A DNA stretch of 64,000 nt, from NCBI GenBank assembly GCA_964587625.1, contig CAZPLU010000003.1, positions 23,727-87,726 on the forward strand, in the 5' to 3' direction. The translations under genes were made by a program, and so were the position numbers. This document shows, one piece after another, positions 17,547 through 26,979 of the stretch (its first letter is position 1; each line of letters opens with the position of its first letter). The notes under the pieces were generated by a model. It worked only from the letters and a program-made list of their open reading frames with translations, searched no databases and was not told the origin of the DNA. This stretch comes from an uncultured Eubacteriales bacterium. Its GTDB lineage: Bacteria; Bacillota; Clostridia; Oscillospirales; JAKOTC01.

Positions 17547-18671
17547 TTACCGGAATGCCTTTTGGTACTGCTCGCAGTAATAGGCGACCAGGCCGTATTC
17601 GGCGTCGGGGGCAATGCGGTGATCGGGGCAGGGGATGTATCCGCCCAAATCGACCAGCGCCTTGAGACGTTCAATCTCTTTGTCAATTTCCGTTTTATTT
17701 TGCGCAAAGACACGTTTGTCCATCCCGCCGACGCCCCGGAGTTCTTTGCCGTATTTTTCGCGCCACGGCGCGATGGAGGCGTTCCAGGTGCCGACTTCGA
17801 TCGGGAACATCGTATTGACGCCGCTCTCAAGCCAAATGGGAACGAGCGCATCAATCTTGCCGTCGCAGTCGACCGACACGATTTTCACACCGTGTTTGTG
17901 CAGCAGATCGGTGGTCTTTTTGTAGTGCGGAGCGATGACCTTCTCAAAAACGGAGGGGATGACCAGGGGTCCGTTTTTAAAGCAGATATCCTCCCAGAAG
18001 TGGGCAAAATCCAATGCGACGTTGAATGATAAAATCCGTTTTGTGACCTGATAACAAAGATCGCACAGGGTATCCGCGATTTCGACATAGAGATCATAAT
18101 CGTCCGCGAGCAGATAGGAGAAATGCTCGACACCCAAAAGATTGCGCATCACGCCGATATAGCTGCCGACATGGAGCGCCACCGGAATATCCGGATCCCA
18201 GTTGTCAAGCTGTGCTCTGATCGCTTTTTCATCGACCCGATCGTCGCTGTATTGTAAACGGGGTAAATAGAGTTCCTCCCAGGCCTTTCGGTCTGTGAGC
18301 GAGGTCCCGACTTCGGAGGGGATGGAAGTGGTGCCGGGTTTGATCATAACCAAAAGCCCTTCGCTGTTGCGAATCAGCTTCTGACCGTTCGGTTTTTCTT
18401 CGAGGAGCTGCTCTTGAAAAGACGGCATCAATGCATTTTTACCGCTGAAGCCGCAGCTCCAGTTGAAATCAAATCCGAGCTGGGACATGATTTGCCGGTC
18501 TCCGCTTCCGTTGTCTCCGTATTTACAATAGTTTTCAGCCGTTTCTCGGGTAATATGTCCTTGATCAGCCCATTTGTGAACGGTTTCTGTCCAATAACCA
18601 AAAGCCACGCAGGGTAAACGATCATAAGTCCCGTAGTTTAAAGCAGCGAGAACCCGTTCTTTGTTTGTCAT
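17547..18671 (-). CDS. Uroporphyrinogen decarboxylase (URO-D) family protein
   Basis: 374 aa with the general URO-D/MtaA-like pattern (…WEDICFKNGPLVIPSVF…, …GGYIPCPDHRI…). No corrinoid partner gene is adjacent. Confidence 0.65.
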   Translation of the reverse strand: MTNKERVLAALNYGTYDRLPCVAFGYWTETVHKWADQGHITRETAENYCKYGDNGSGDRQIMSQLGFDFNWSCGFSGKNALMPSFQEQLLEEKPNGQKLIRNSEGLLVMIKPGTTSIPSEVGTSLTDRKAWEELYLPRLQYSDDRVDEKAIRAQLDNWDPDIPVALHVGSYIGVMRNLLGVEHFSYLLADDYDLYVEIADTLCDLCYQVTKRILSFNVALDFAHFWEDICFKNGPLVIPSVFEKVIAPHYKKTTDLLHKHGVKIVSVDCDGKIDALVPIWLESGVNTMFPIEVGTWNASIAPWREKYGKELRGVGGMDKRVFAQNKTEIDKEIERLKALVDLGGYIPCPDHRIAPDAEYGLVAYYCEQYQKAFR

Positions 18672-18684
18672 ATATGGATTGATC

Positions 18685-18930
18685 CTACTTCAACGTACCA
18701 AGATGGTCAATGCACCTTTTGCAAACATTCAAACCTTCGTACTCGTTCAATTCGCTCTGACTTCCGCAGAACACGCAGGAGTTCATGTGTTTTTTCAGAA
18801 TAATTGCACCGTTGTCAACATAGATTTCGATAGGATCATGGACTTTCCAATTCAATGATCTGCGCGATTCAATGGGGATAACCAATCTGCCGAGCTCGTC
18901 TAAATTTCTGATGATACCTGTTTCTTTCAT
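18685..18930 (-). CDS. AbrB/SpoVT-family DNA-binding protein with a C-terminal CxxC...CxxC module
   Basis: MKETGIIRNLDELGRLVIPIESRRSLNW is an AbrB swapped-hairpin N-domain. The C-terminus carries CVFCGS...CKRC. GGTGAGGTG RBS lies 7 nt upstream. Confidence 0.8.
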   Translation of the reverse strand: MKETGIIRNLDELGRLVIPIESRRSLNWKVHDPIEIYVDNGAIILKKHMNSCVFCGSQSELNEYEGLNVCKRCIDHLGTLK

Positions 18931-19011
18931 AACAACACACCTCACCAAGTTTTGTATATTCATGGTATCACATTAAAAGAAAAATGTCAACGATATTTTT
19001 TAGGAGGAAAA

Positions 19012-19590
19012 ATGTCTGATTGGATCTGGGTGATCATGATGGTCGGTTCCATCGCTTATGCGATCATCACCGGCAGGGTGAGCGAAGTCGCTTCGGCGAT
19101 CCCGAACGGGAGCAAAGAAGCCGCCGCGCTTTTTTTGACATTGATGGCAAACTTATGCTTCTGGAGCGGGATTATACAGATTATTCACGACAGCAAACTC
19201 GACCGCTTGATTGCAAAACTTTGGATGCCGATCCTCAAGCTGATCTTTCCGAAAATGAAAAAAGACAACCCGGCGCTTCCGTTAATCGCCCAGAACATGG
19301 CAGTAAATTTTTTGGGACTCGGCAATGCGGCGACCCCGATCGGACTCGCTGCAATGCGCGAATTGGCGACGCAGTCCAAATACGGCGACAACGCTTCACC
19401 CGATATGATTAAATTTGTGTTGGTCAACACCTCGACCGTCCAATTGATTCCCACTTCGCTTGCGGCCATTCGATTGCTCTACGGCAGCAAGGAGCCCTAT
19501 ATCGTGATGCTGCCGATGTTGATCGTGTCGATGCTTGCGGTGATCAGCGGACTGTTGAGCAACGCCCTGTTTGAAAGGAGACCGCCCTGA
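19012..19590 (+). CDS. spmA: Spore maturation protein A (nucleoside-recognition membrane protein)
   Basis: MSDWIWVIMMVGSIAYAIITGRV...; AGGAGG RBS; followed by spmB. Confidence 0.8.
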   Translation: MSDWIWVIMMVGSIAYAIITGRVSEVASAIPNGSKEAAALFLTLMANLCFWSGIIQIIHDSKLDRLIAKLWMPILKLIFPKMKKDNPALPLIAQNMAVNFLGLGNAATPIGLAAMRELATQSKYGDNASPDMIKFVLVNTSTVQLIPTSLAAIRLLYGSKEPYIVMLPMLIVSMLAVISGLLSNALFERRPP

Positions 19591-20117
19591 TGCTCCAATA
19601 TATCAGCGTATTGATTCTGCCGCTGTTTTTAGCGGCTGTCATTTTATTCGGAGTATTCAAAAAAATCAGGGTGTTCGAAAGCTTCCGACTCGGAGCAAAG
19701 AGCGGCATAGACACGGCGGCATCGATTTTTCCGACTTATATCGGCATGGTGGTCGCGGTGATGGTCATGCGGGCTAGCGGTGTTTTGGATGCGATCGGTT
19801 CGCTGTTCGATCCGGTCGCCGAGCTTTTCAATATCCCCTCCGCCGTGCTGCCACTTGCGATTTTGCGGCCGCTCTCCGGCAGCGGGGCATTCGCGCTCTT
19901 GCAGGATCTGTTCAAACAGGAGGGGCCGGACAGTTTCATCGGGAAACTAGCCTCTGTGATCGAAGGCGCCAATGAGACGACATTTTATGTGTTTTCGCTC
20001 TATTTTGCCTCGATCGGGATAAAAAAAACCCGGCAAACACTTTTTTGCGCGGTTTTCGCGGACTTGACCGCACTCATCACGGCCTGTTTCTTTTCACGAA
20101 TCTTTTTCGGCGGTTGA
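19590..20117 (+). CDS. spmB: Spore maturation protein B
   Basis: MLQYISVLILPLFLAAVILFGVFKKIRVFESF... It is coupled to spmA: the spmA stop TGA (19588-19590) shares one nt with ATG 19590. Confidence 0.8.
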   Translation: MLQYISVLILPLFLAAVILFGVFKKIRVFESFRLGAKSGIDTAASIFPTYIGMVVAVMVMRASGVLDAIGSLFDPVAELFNIPSAVLPLAILRPLSGSGAFALLQDLFKQEGPDSFIGKLASVIEGANETTFYVFSLYFASIGIKKTRQTLFCAVFADLTALITACFFSRIFFGG

Positions 20118-20185
20118 AAACAACGGAAATTATGGTAAAATGGAACAGGTCAACGTCCGGATATGAAAAAACAGGAGAAAAAGAA

Positions 20186-21103
20186 ATGGAACTTCGCACG
20201 CTTTTCAAAGACGGGAATTTCTACAAAGGCAATACCCACACGCACACGGCGCTGTCAGACGGCAACGGCGCCCCCGCCGAGGTGGTCAAGGCCTACAAGG
20301 CCGCCGGTTATTCGTTTTTGGCGATGACCGATCATCTTTTATACGGCTTCGATGCCGCATTTAACACGGACGATTTCCTGGTTCTGCCCGCCGCGGAATT
20401 GGACACGATGGTGGGCGGCATTCACCACATCGTCGCAATCGGCCATCCCGAACAGACAAAATATCAGCACGGTTATCGGTTCGATTGGAAGGTTATCCGC
20501 TCCATGACCCCGCAGCAGATCATCGACGAAATCAACACCCACGGCAATCTAGCGATTTTGGCGCATCCGTATTGGTCGAAGGTCGATTATACCGACGAAA
20601 AGAACCTGCGCGGGTTGTTCGCGATGGAGATCATGAACAATATATGCGAGACGACCTGGCGCAGCGGAAACGCCGAATTCTTTTTCGATCACTTCCTCTG
20701 GGATAAAAACGATATGATGTGCGTCTCTTCCGACGACATGCACGACATGGAGCGGGATATGTTCGGCGGATTTATCACGGTCAAGTGTGCGCGGCTGACG
20801 TATGACAATTTATTCGAGGCGCTCAAAAAAGGCAGCTTTTTTGCCTCGTATTCGCGAACAGGAAACAAAGCCCCTCTCATCGGGGACTTTTATGTCAAAG
20901 ATCATACGGCGGTTTTGGACTGCTCGCCCTGCGACCGCGTCTATTTCAAATCGAACGGCTCGCATCAGCCGTTTTACAAACACGGCGGAAAATTTTTCAC
21001 GCACGCGGAATGGAGTGTTGAGACCTGCCGCGATTATGTTTACGCCGTCTGCGTCGATTCGGAGGGGAACGTCTCGTGGGCGCAGCCGATTTGGCTCAAC
21101 TAA
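20186..21103 (+). CDS. PHP-domain metal-dependent phosphoesterase
   Basis: GNTHTHTALSDGNG...LAMTDH...ILAHPYW histidine motifs. ATG 20186 lies after the spmB end. Confidence 0.7.
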   Translation: MELRTLFKDGNFYKGNTHTHTALSDGNGAPAEVVKAYKAAGYSFLAMTDHLLYGFDAAFNTDDFLVLPAAELDTMVGGIHHIVAIGHPEQTKYQHGYRFDWKVIRSMTPQQIIDEINTHGNLAILAHPYWSKVDYTDEKNLRGLFAMEIMNNICETTWRSGNAEFFFDHFLWDKNDMMCVSSDDMHDMERDMFGGFITVKCARLTYDNLFEALKKGSFFASYSRTGNKAPLIGDFYVKDHTAVLDCSPCDRVYFKSNGSHQPFYKHGGKFFTHAEWSVETCRDYVYAVCVDSEGNVSWAQPIWLN

Positions 21104-21115
21104 AAATACAAAAAA

Positions 21116-21149
21116 GGCGAAGCCGCGCAAACGGCATCGCCTCTTTTTT
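21116..21149 (+). terminator. Intrinsic terminator after the PHP gene
   Basis: GGCGAAGCC-gcgcaaac-GGCATCGCC stem (one mismatch) followed by TCTTTTTT. Confidence 0.6.
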
Positions 21150-21414
21150 ATGCGTTTTATTGAATGCCTGCCGAACCATTCAAAAACGCAACAGCTACAA
21201 TGGTTTAATGGCGTTTTTGAATTGTTCAGGTGCAAAGTTGTTGAGCGAATCGCTTAAAAACCTTGCACTTCGCCTTTGCGGCTTGTGTCCGCAAAGGCGA
21301 ACAGGCGGTGAATCAATGTATTTAACGGCAAAACAAGTTTGTTTTGCTGCCAAAAAGAGCAATATTTGCTCTTTTTGTAAATGCATTTCGCAAAACGCAT
21401 TGGTTCAGTGGATA

Positions 21415-22983
21415 TTATTTATCGACCATAAACGCTCTGAAGAAAGTCGGTTTTGATTTAATATCCGTTAAAACCTCATTTTGCGCCAGCATATAGCGGT
21501 AATTTTTGATGTCGTCAATCGCGGTGACTTGCCAGACGGGATCTCCCCAGCTCCCGAGCCAGACGAAGTAATAACCGCCGTAGCTGCTCTCGATGATTGT
21601 ATATTCACCCTCGGCTCTGTTGGTCGTATAGCACCAGATTGCCACTTCCTGATCCATGTTTTTGGGTAAAAAATTCTCAATCAATCCGCCGTCTTCTCCT
21701 GCCTCCGGATCGTCTGAATACTCTTCGGCGAGCGCGCTGAAGACCTCGGCGGTTTTTCCGCCTTCGATGAATTTGGCCTGAACCGACTGGGCGGCCGCCT
21801 GTGCAGCGCTTTGATCGGCATATTTGCCGCCGATGCCCAAATAAATGCTGAAAAGGTTTGAGGCCTTTGTCGGAGGGAAGTCCGCATCGACGAAATAAAG
21901 GGCGTACGCGGTACCGTCTGGCACGCTGTAGATGACTTCTTTGTCCCCGGGCTGTCTCGCTTCGTCAAACAACCAAGTCGAGACGTCGGGATCGGAGACC
22001 TCGTCGGCGGTAAAGTAGTAGCGAAGAGTCGCGCTTGCGGATTGAAAACTCTCCTTTTCATCATCCTGTGCGGTCTCATAGGCGAGCGCGGCGAATGACG
22101 CCCGATCGTTGACGCCGCTGAGAAATTCGTGTGCCTTTTGTTTTGCGGCTTTGATTGAAATCTCATCGGTGGATTCCGCTTTGAATGCGTAAAAATGATA
22201 TAAAGCGCCCCAAAACTGATCTTTATATTCCGTCATCCAGTCGTCGAGTTCCTTTTGTTCGACCTGATAACTCTCGAAAAGGTGATCATTATAACGCTCC
22301 GCAATATAGATATGTTCAAGCGCTGTGCGAAGGTTTTCCTTGGTGCAGCTGGATCCGAACATATATTTGATGAACTCATCATCGGTGATATTGTTATCGG
22401 CCGCATACTGCGGGATCGTCTCGTTTAAAAAAATATCAATGCTTCTTTGATTGGACTCGGTCAAATTCAATTCCAATTCGAGCGCATTTTGGTAGGAGAT
22501 GATTGTCGATTGGATGCGGGTGTCGGTTTCCTCGAGGAAATAATCCTGCCAGGACATCTTTTGATCGCCGACAATCGTGGAGGGGCATGGCTGTTTGGAC
22601 AAGTCCTTCGTCATATCCAGCACATCCGCCGAAAAAATTTCGCCGTATGACTGATTAAAGATCTGAATCGTCGTCCAATAATTGAAGTTATATTCAGAAA
22701 CGGGAACTTTCATGCCGTTGACCGTCAGCGCGGTGGAGTTGGAAAAATAGAAGGCCGGGAATAAAAACACGGATCCCGCAAACAGCAATAAAACAACCAA
22801 AACACAAGAAATAACGGTGATCACGGTCCGTTGTTTTTTCGACAGCGCCGCCTGTTTTTTCTTTTTCTGTGGCGCGGCGCTGTATTTTACATCCTCGGAA
22901 AATCCGTCATCGAGGGTGGAATCGATTCCGCCTGCTTGGATATCAACAATCGGTTCATCTGTCTTTTTGGGTTTTTTGAACAT
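21415..22983 (-). CDS. Membrane-anchored protein, possibly PpiC/parvulin-like chaperone
   Basis: An N-terminal TM segment (VITVISCVLVVLLLFAGSVFLF) precedes a large extracytoplasmic region. The C-terminal part (…EEYSDDPEAGEDGGLIENF…) resembles PrsA/parvulin proteins; the family was not verified. RBS AAAGGGG precedes ATG 22983. Confidence 0.5.
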   Translation of the reverse strand: MFKKPKKTDEPIVDIQAGGIDSTLDDGFSEDVKYSAAPQKKKKQAALSKKQRTVITVISCVLVVLLLFAGSVFLFPAFYFSNSTALTVNGMKVPVSEYNFNYWTTIQIFNQSYGEIFSADVLDMTKDLSKQPCPSTIVGDQKMSWQDYFLEETDTRIQSTIISYQNALELELNLTESNQRSIDIFLNETIPQYAADNNITDDEFIKYMFGSSCTKENLRTALEHIYIAERYNDHLFESYQVEQKELDDWMTEYKDQFWGALYHFYAFKAESTDEISIKAAKQKAHEFLSGVNDRASFAALAYETAQDDEKESFQSASATLRYYFTADEVSDPDVSTWLFDEARQPGDKEVIYSVPDGTAYALYFVDADFPPTKASNLFSIYLGIGGKYADQSAAQAAAQSVQAKFIEGGKTAEVFSALAEEYSDDPEAGEDGGLIENFLPKNMDQEVAIWCYTTNRAEGEYTIIESSYGGYYFVWLGSWGDPVWQVTAIDDIKNYRYMLAQNEVLTDIKSKPTFFRAFMVDK

Positions 22984-23038
22984 TGTAAAAGCCCCTTTCA
23001 ATAATGGACACGCGAAGTATAAGCGGAAAATGTGATTT

Positions 23039-23953
23039 CTAAGTGATGGAGGAAGCGGGGACGACGAAGTTCAGTTTGAGCGGAGAGATACGGATTTTAA
23101 TGCTTTTCCCGGCAGATAGGTCGCCGTCGATACAGATGCGCAGCGGTTCTTCGGAAAAAATCTCAACCTCCGTGACGGTTTGATAAGTCAAAATCCCTTT
23201 GAACACCGGATCGGTCAGATGCTTCCCGGCCTTGTATTTGCCGATCAATTGAAGCACCTTGATCCGGGAGACCTTATTCACGAGACAGACGTCGAGCAGC
23301 CCGTCGTCGATATTGGCGAGCGGCGCGGCCTTGTAGCCGCCCCCGTAGTATTGTCCGTTTGCGATGGCGATCAACATGTAGTTTCCGCTCAGCTCGGTGT
23401 CGCCGTTCAACCGGATTTTCAACTGGTTCCCGAGTTTGCCGAACAAGCTCTTTAAAACGCCGCACAGATAGGGCATGGAGCCCTTCATCAGCGGCAGGCG
23501 CTTGAATTCCTGCATATAAAATGCGGCGTTTGAATCGATGCCGATGTTGCAAATATTCAGGCAGCGGTACTCGTCCACCGTCAAAAAATCCACTTTTTTT
23601 GTTGGCGCGGTCAGGATTTTGTCGATATCCAGCAGTTGCTCGCGCGGAATTTTGAGCGTTTTGATAAAATCGTTTCCGGTTCCGCAGGGCACGCAGCAGA
23701 CGTCGGTGTTTTCAAAGTCCTCAACACCCGAGAGCACATCGTTGAGCGTGCCGTCGCCCCCGACGGCGTAGACCCGATTTTTCTCACCTTTTGAAGTGAC
23801 GTTTTTTACGAATTCAATCGCGTTTTGTTTGCTCTGCGTCAGATGGATCACAAAATTCGCTTTAATTTTTTCGCAGGCCTCCTCGATTTTCGGAATCAAC
23901 TTGACCGGACGGCCTTTTCCCGCCGTCGGGTTGATGATGAAATAATGGGTCAC
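23039..23953 (-). CDS. Diacylglycerol/lipid kinase family protein (YegS/DagK-like)
   Basis: MTHYFIINPTAGKGR...VYAVGGDGTLNDVLSG... Confidence 0.85.
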   Translation of the reverse strand: MTHYFIINPTAGKGRPVKLIPKIEEACEKIKANFVIHLTQSKQNAIEFVKNVTSKGEKNRVYAVGGDGTLNDVLSGVEDFENTDVCCVPCGTGNDFIKTLKIPREQLLDIDKILTAPTKKVDFLTVDEYRCLNICNIGIDSNAAFYMQEFKRLPLMKGSMPYLCGVLKSLFGKLGNQLKIRLNGDTELSGNYMLIAIANGQYYGGGYKAAPLANIDDGLLDVCLVNKVSRIKVLQLIGKYKAGKHLTDPVFKGILTYQTVTEVEIFSEEPLRICIDGDLSAGKSIKIRISPLKLNFVVPASSIT

Positions 23954-24206
23954 TTTTTTTAGACCTCCGCAAATGAAGTATTGAAATTATAACATAGCGC
24001 TTTTATTTTTGCAACAATTCAAACCAAAACATGGAATATTTTATTCAATTCAAGCCGCTGCGATAGGTCATAAGCGGTCTGTGACAAACACACTTGCGCG
24101 GTTAATATCCGTATGTGAGGCATTTAACATATATAAAAAGCATGCCATATACTACAGCAGGCGGTATATGCCGACCAATATGATGATTCAGGAGAGAGAA
24201 TTTAGT

Positions 24207-24881
24207 ATGGCGTTGAATGAAAATTACAGGAGCAGCCGATCCGATAGTCAAAATTGCACTGCTCAATCTGATTATGAATATTCTTCAAATGCAGGAGAAT
24301 CCGATCGCGAGCATAATCCTTGTCCGCCGGATCCCTGCAGTAAATGCATTGTTTATGTGGATTGTGCTACCGATCCGATATGCCCGAAAAAGCCCAAAAA
24401 CCGTGAAGTAATTTTGGAATGCGGTTACAGATCGGCGGATGCAATTTTTGAAATAGACGACGGTGGCGTTGAGGAACAGCAAGAATTTGTTTTGGCTCGT
24501 TTGAGAATCGATACGACTTGTTTAGACGTGCCTGTTGTAAAAATTGAATTTTCCAGTTTGGTTTTCTTTGAAGCTGAAGATGAACAAGGCAGTAGTCATG
24601 AAATAGAAGTTGATTTACTTTTCAAACTATTCAGAATTTGCAAAGGTGAAAAAGAATGTGTTCAAAGCTGGCGTTATCTCTATGAAATTGAACTCGAAAA
24701 CAATATCGATGAGCTCGAAGTGGCGATAAGCCAGCCGTTTACTGTGACATTCTGCGACAAGCCGCGCTCTGCGGAATATGAATATATCATGACTGTTGAA
24801 GGCAAAGATTTTGACGGAGAATTTGAAGCATTGAGAGTGGTCAAACCGGATTTGAGCGCTATCGCACAAAGCAAATGCTAA
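24207..24881 (+). CDS. Hypothetical Cys-rich protein (224 aa) in an AT-rich patch
   Basis: GGAGAGAG RBS precedes ATG 24207. The N-terminal region is CPPDPCSKCIVYVDCATDPICPKK. A terminator follows. No family recognised with confidence. Confidence 0.5.
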   Translation: MALNENYRSSRSDSQNCTAQSDYEYSSNAGESDREHNPCPPDPCSKCIVYVDCATDPICPKKPKNREVILECGYRSADAIFEIDDGGVEEQQEFVLARLRIDTTCLDVPVVKIEFSSLVFFEAEDEQGSSHEIEVDLLFKLFRICKGEKECVQSWRYLYEIELENNIDELEVAISQPFTVTFCDKPRSAEYEYIMTVEGKDFDGEFEALRVVKPDLSAIAQSKC

Positions 24882-24927
24882 ACCGGCTTGAGATTTACCA
24901 TAATATAGATAATCTACGGGTTACGGG

Positions 24928-24952
24928 GCTGCAGCAAATCGAATGCTGCAGC
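24928..24952. terminator. Hairpin between convergent genes (putative bidirectional terminator)
   Basis: GCTGCAGCA-aatcgaa-TGCTGCAGC, followed by TCTTAATTT. Confidence 0.5.
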
Positions 24953-24977
24953 TCTTAATTTGTGCTTCATTACCGTT

Positions 24978-26927
24978 TCATGACTTCGCTTCCAAATCCG
25001 CTCTGGGGAAATAGGTGATGCGGAGATTCGTGCAGCCGTAAGGAACGAGGGTGAGATTCAGCGGATGAGTCACTTTTTGCTTGTCTCCAAACGGCTCGAA
25101 GGTCTTGCTCGGATAAAGACAGCAAAGGTACGGCGCTTTATAGGCGGGGATTTTCATCATGATCGGCGGCTCCGACCAAACATAGCCGGTTTGATCGATA
25201 TATTGCACTTGAACATCCTCGGCTTTCAGGTTTTCGTCCACCGCGACGTTCCAATAGATCCGCTCCCTGCGCAGCTGAAGACGCAGATAGGCGTCGTCCG
25301 TCGGCGCTTCCTCAAAAACGGGCTTCACTTTGAACCACGGCCATTCTTTTTCAAGAGGCGTCTCGGTCTCTGGAAAATAGGGGATCCAATTTTCTTGAAT
25401 CGGCAGAGAGAAGAGCAGGGCGCCGTATTGAAACGCCAGCGGGTGTTTGGCAAAACCGTCGGAATCGTCGATATGCAGCACCTCGATTTCCGCTTGAAAA
25501 GACAGTTCAACGCTGTGGCATTCCCCGTTCGTCAAATTTATTCGGATATATCCGTTCTTGTCGGCGGCGGTCGAATGGGCTTTGCCGTCAACGATAACCG
25601 TTGCGTCTTTGCTCCAAGCGGGGTTTTTGCAATAGAGCACGCCGTCCCCGTTCACGTCGAGCGAAATTTCGTTTCGGAAGGGATATGAGGTTTTTACCTG
25701 CACCGTCATGCCGTTGTGTTTGATCGTACAGGGGCCGTATGCCGTCAGATAAAGCGCCCCCTCATCGTCCGAAAGCGCCATCCCGCGCACGAACTCGGGC
25801 ATCAATGCCACAGAATTCGCCGGGCAGCAGGCGACCGGATAGCACGGGGAATAGACCTGCATGTCCACGCTGTCGTTGGCTGAGATGTCCGTGGCGTAGA
25901 TCTGATTCGGCGCCGAGAGATAGGCGATTGCCCGCTCGTCCTTTTTTCGCGCGCCCTGCGCGCCGTTATACACCAGTTGTTCGGCATAATCGCCGTATTT
26001 TGCCTCTCCGGTGACGGCAGACATCGCGCTGTAAGCGGCGTTGAAATAGGTAAAACTGCAGTATTCGGTCTGAGCGACCGAACCCACGGGAGCGAGATAC
26101 TCGACGACACCCGTCGGACCGCCCGAGGCGTTCATGGCCTTGCTGCGGACTTTGCGGATGCCGTTTTCGGAGGCCTTTAAGTATTCGGCGTCTCCGTTTC
26201 CGGAATAGATCAACGCCGGAATAGATACCAACGAACCGTATCCCGCCGTGTGCTCGCTGTTATAGATCAATTCATCTTCCAACAACGATTTGTACGACAT
26301 ACGGGTGTAATCATGGGCGCAGGCAAATCTTTGGTAATCCACACAAAAATCCAGCAGCCGCTTGTCGCCGGTCTTATGGTAGCAATACATCATCGGCACA
26401 GAGATAAACGACCCCGCATAAAAGGTCTTGTGATCCCCCGCCCATTTGTCGCAAAACCAGAGCATACACTGATAAGCCGCGTCAAAGACCTCCCGCCGGC
26501 CGGTCGCCTCGTAGTAATACAGCAGGGCGCGCATGCCGCAGGCCGTGCCCCACGCGTTAAAGTCCTCGTAAATTTTGGCGTCCGGCTCGTAATAGGTGCC
26601 GAGATATCCGTCCGGGCGGCGGTGCGCAAGCACACCGTTCACCCATTTTTCGGCTTTGGCTTTCAGTTCACTGTCGTCGAGCGTGTAAGCCAGCATAATC
26701 AGCCCCGTCCAGTAGTTGCCGGATAATTCGGCGCCCCAACCGGATTGGTCGCCTTTGCCCCAGCGCTTGACGTAGGATTTGTTGATATACGGGTCGGCGA
26801 TCATGCCGGGCTCGATCTCGTCCAGATGCCCGCCCATCCCGTTTTTGCTGCGTTCCAGCTGCTCCTTTAAAAAGCCCTCCGCCGTGATGCTCCCGAGCGG
26901 CAGCGCGGACAGTTTTCCGTAATACAC
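24978..26927 (-). CDS. Glycoside hydrolase, GH127/DUF1680-like (beta-L-arabinofuranosidase family)
   Basis: 649 aa with an (alpha/alpha)6-like N-terminal region and a ...YSPCYPVACCPANS... motif. This resembles the Cys-Cys catalytic/zinc site of GH127 enzymes. Confidence 0.65.
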   Translation of the reverse strand: MYYGKLSALPLGSITAEGFLKEQLERSKNGMGGHLDEIEPGMIADPYINKSYVKRWGKGDQSGWGAELSGNYWTGLIMLAYTLDDSELKAKAEKWVNGVLAHRRPDGYLGTYYEPDAKIYEDFNAWGTACGMRALLYYYEATGRREVFDAAYQCMLWFCDKWAGDHKTFYAGSFISVPMMYCYHKTGDKRLLDFCVDYQRFACAHDYTRMSYKSLLEDELIYNSEHTAGYGSLVSIPALIYSGNGDAEYLKASENGIRKVRSKAMNASGGPTGVVEYLAPVGSVAQTEYCSFTYFNAAYSAMSAVTGEAKYGDYAEQLVYNGAQGARKKDERAIAYLSAPNQIYATDISANDSVDMQVYSPCYPVACCPANSVALMPEFVRGMALSDDEGALYLTAYGPCTIKHNGMTVQVKTSYPFRNEISLDVNGDGVLYCKNPAWSKDATVIVDGKAHSTAADKNGYIRINLTNGECHSVELSFQAEIEVLHIDDSDGFAKHPLAFQYGALLFSLPIQENWIPYFPETETPLEKEWPWFKVKPVFEEAPTDDAYLRLQLRRERIYWNVAVDENLKAEDVQVQYIDQTGYVWSEPPIMMKIPAYKAPYLCCLYPSKTFEPFGDKQKVTHPLNLTLVPYGCTNLRITYFPRADLEAKS

Positions 26928-26979
26928 TTCAAACTCCTTAATTTTTTAAAATATAAAAATAATTGCTCCGTTCGGGTTT

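Noticed and set aside
21076-21456. 126-aa plus-strand ORF, and the 63-aa minus-strand ORF at 21195-21386, in the PHP/parvulin-like spacer.
   Set aside because: Neither has an RBS. Both are composed of translated hairpin arms (for example LRLCGLCPQRR) and overlap terminator structures.
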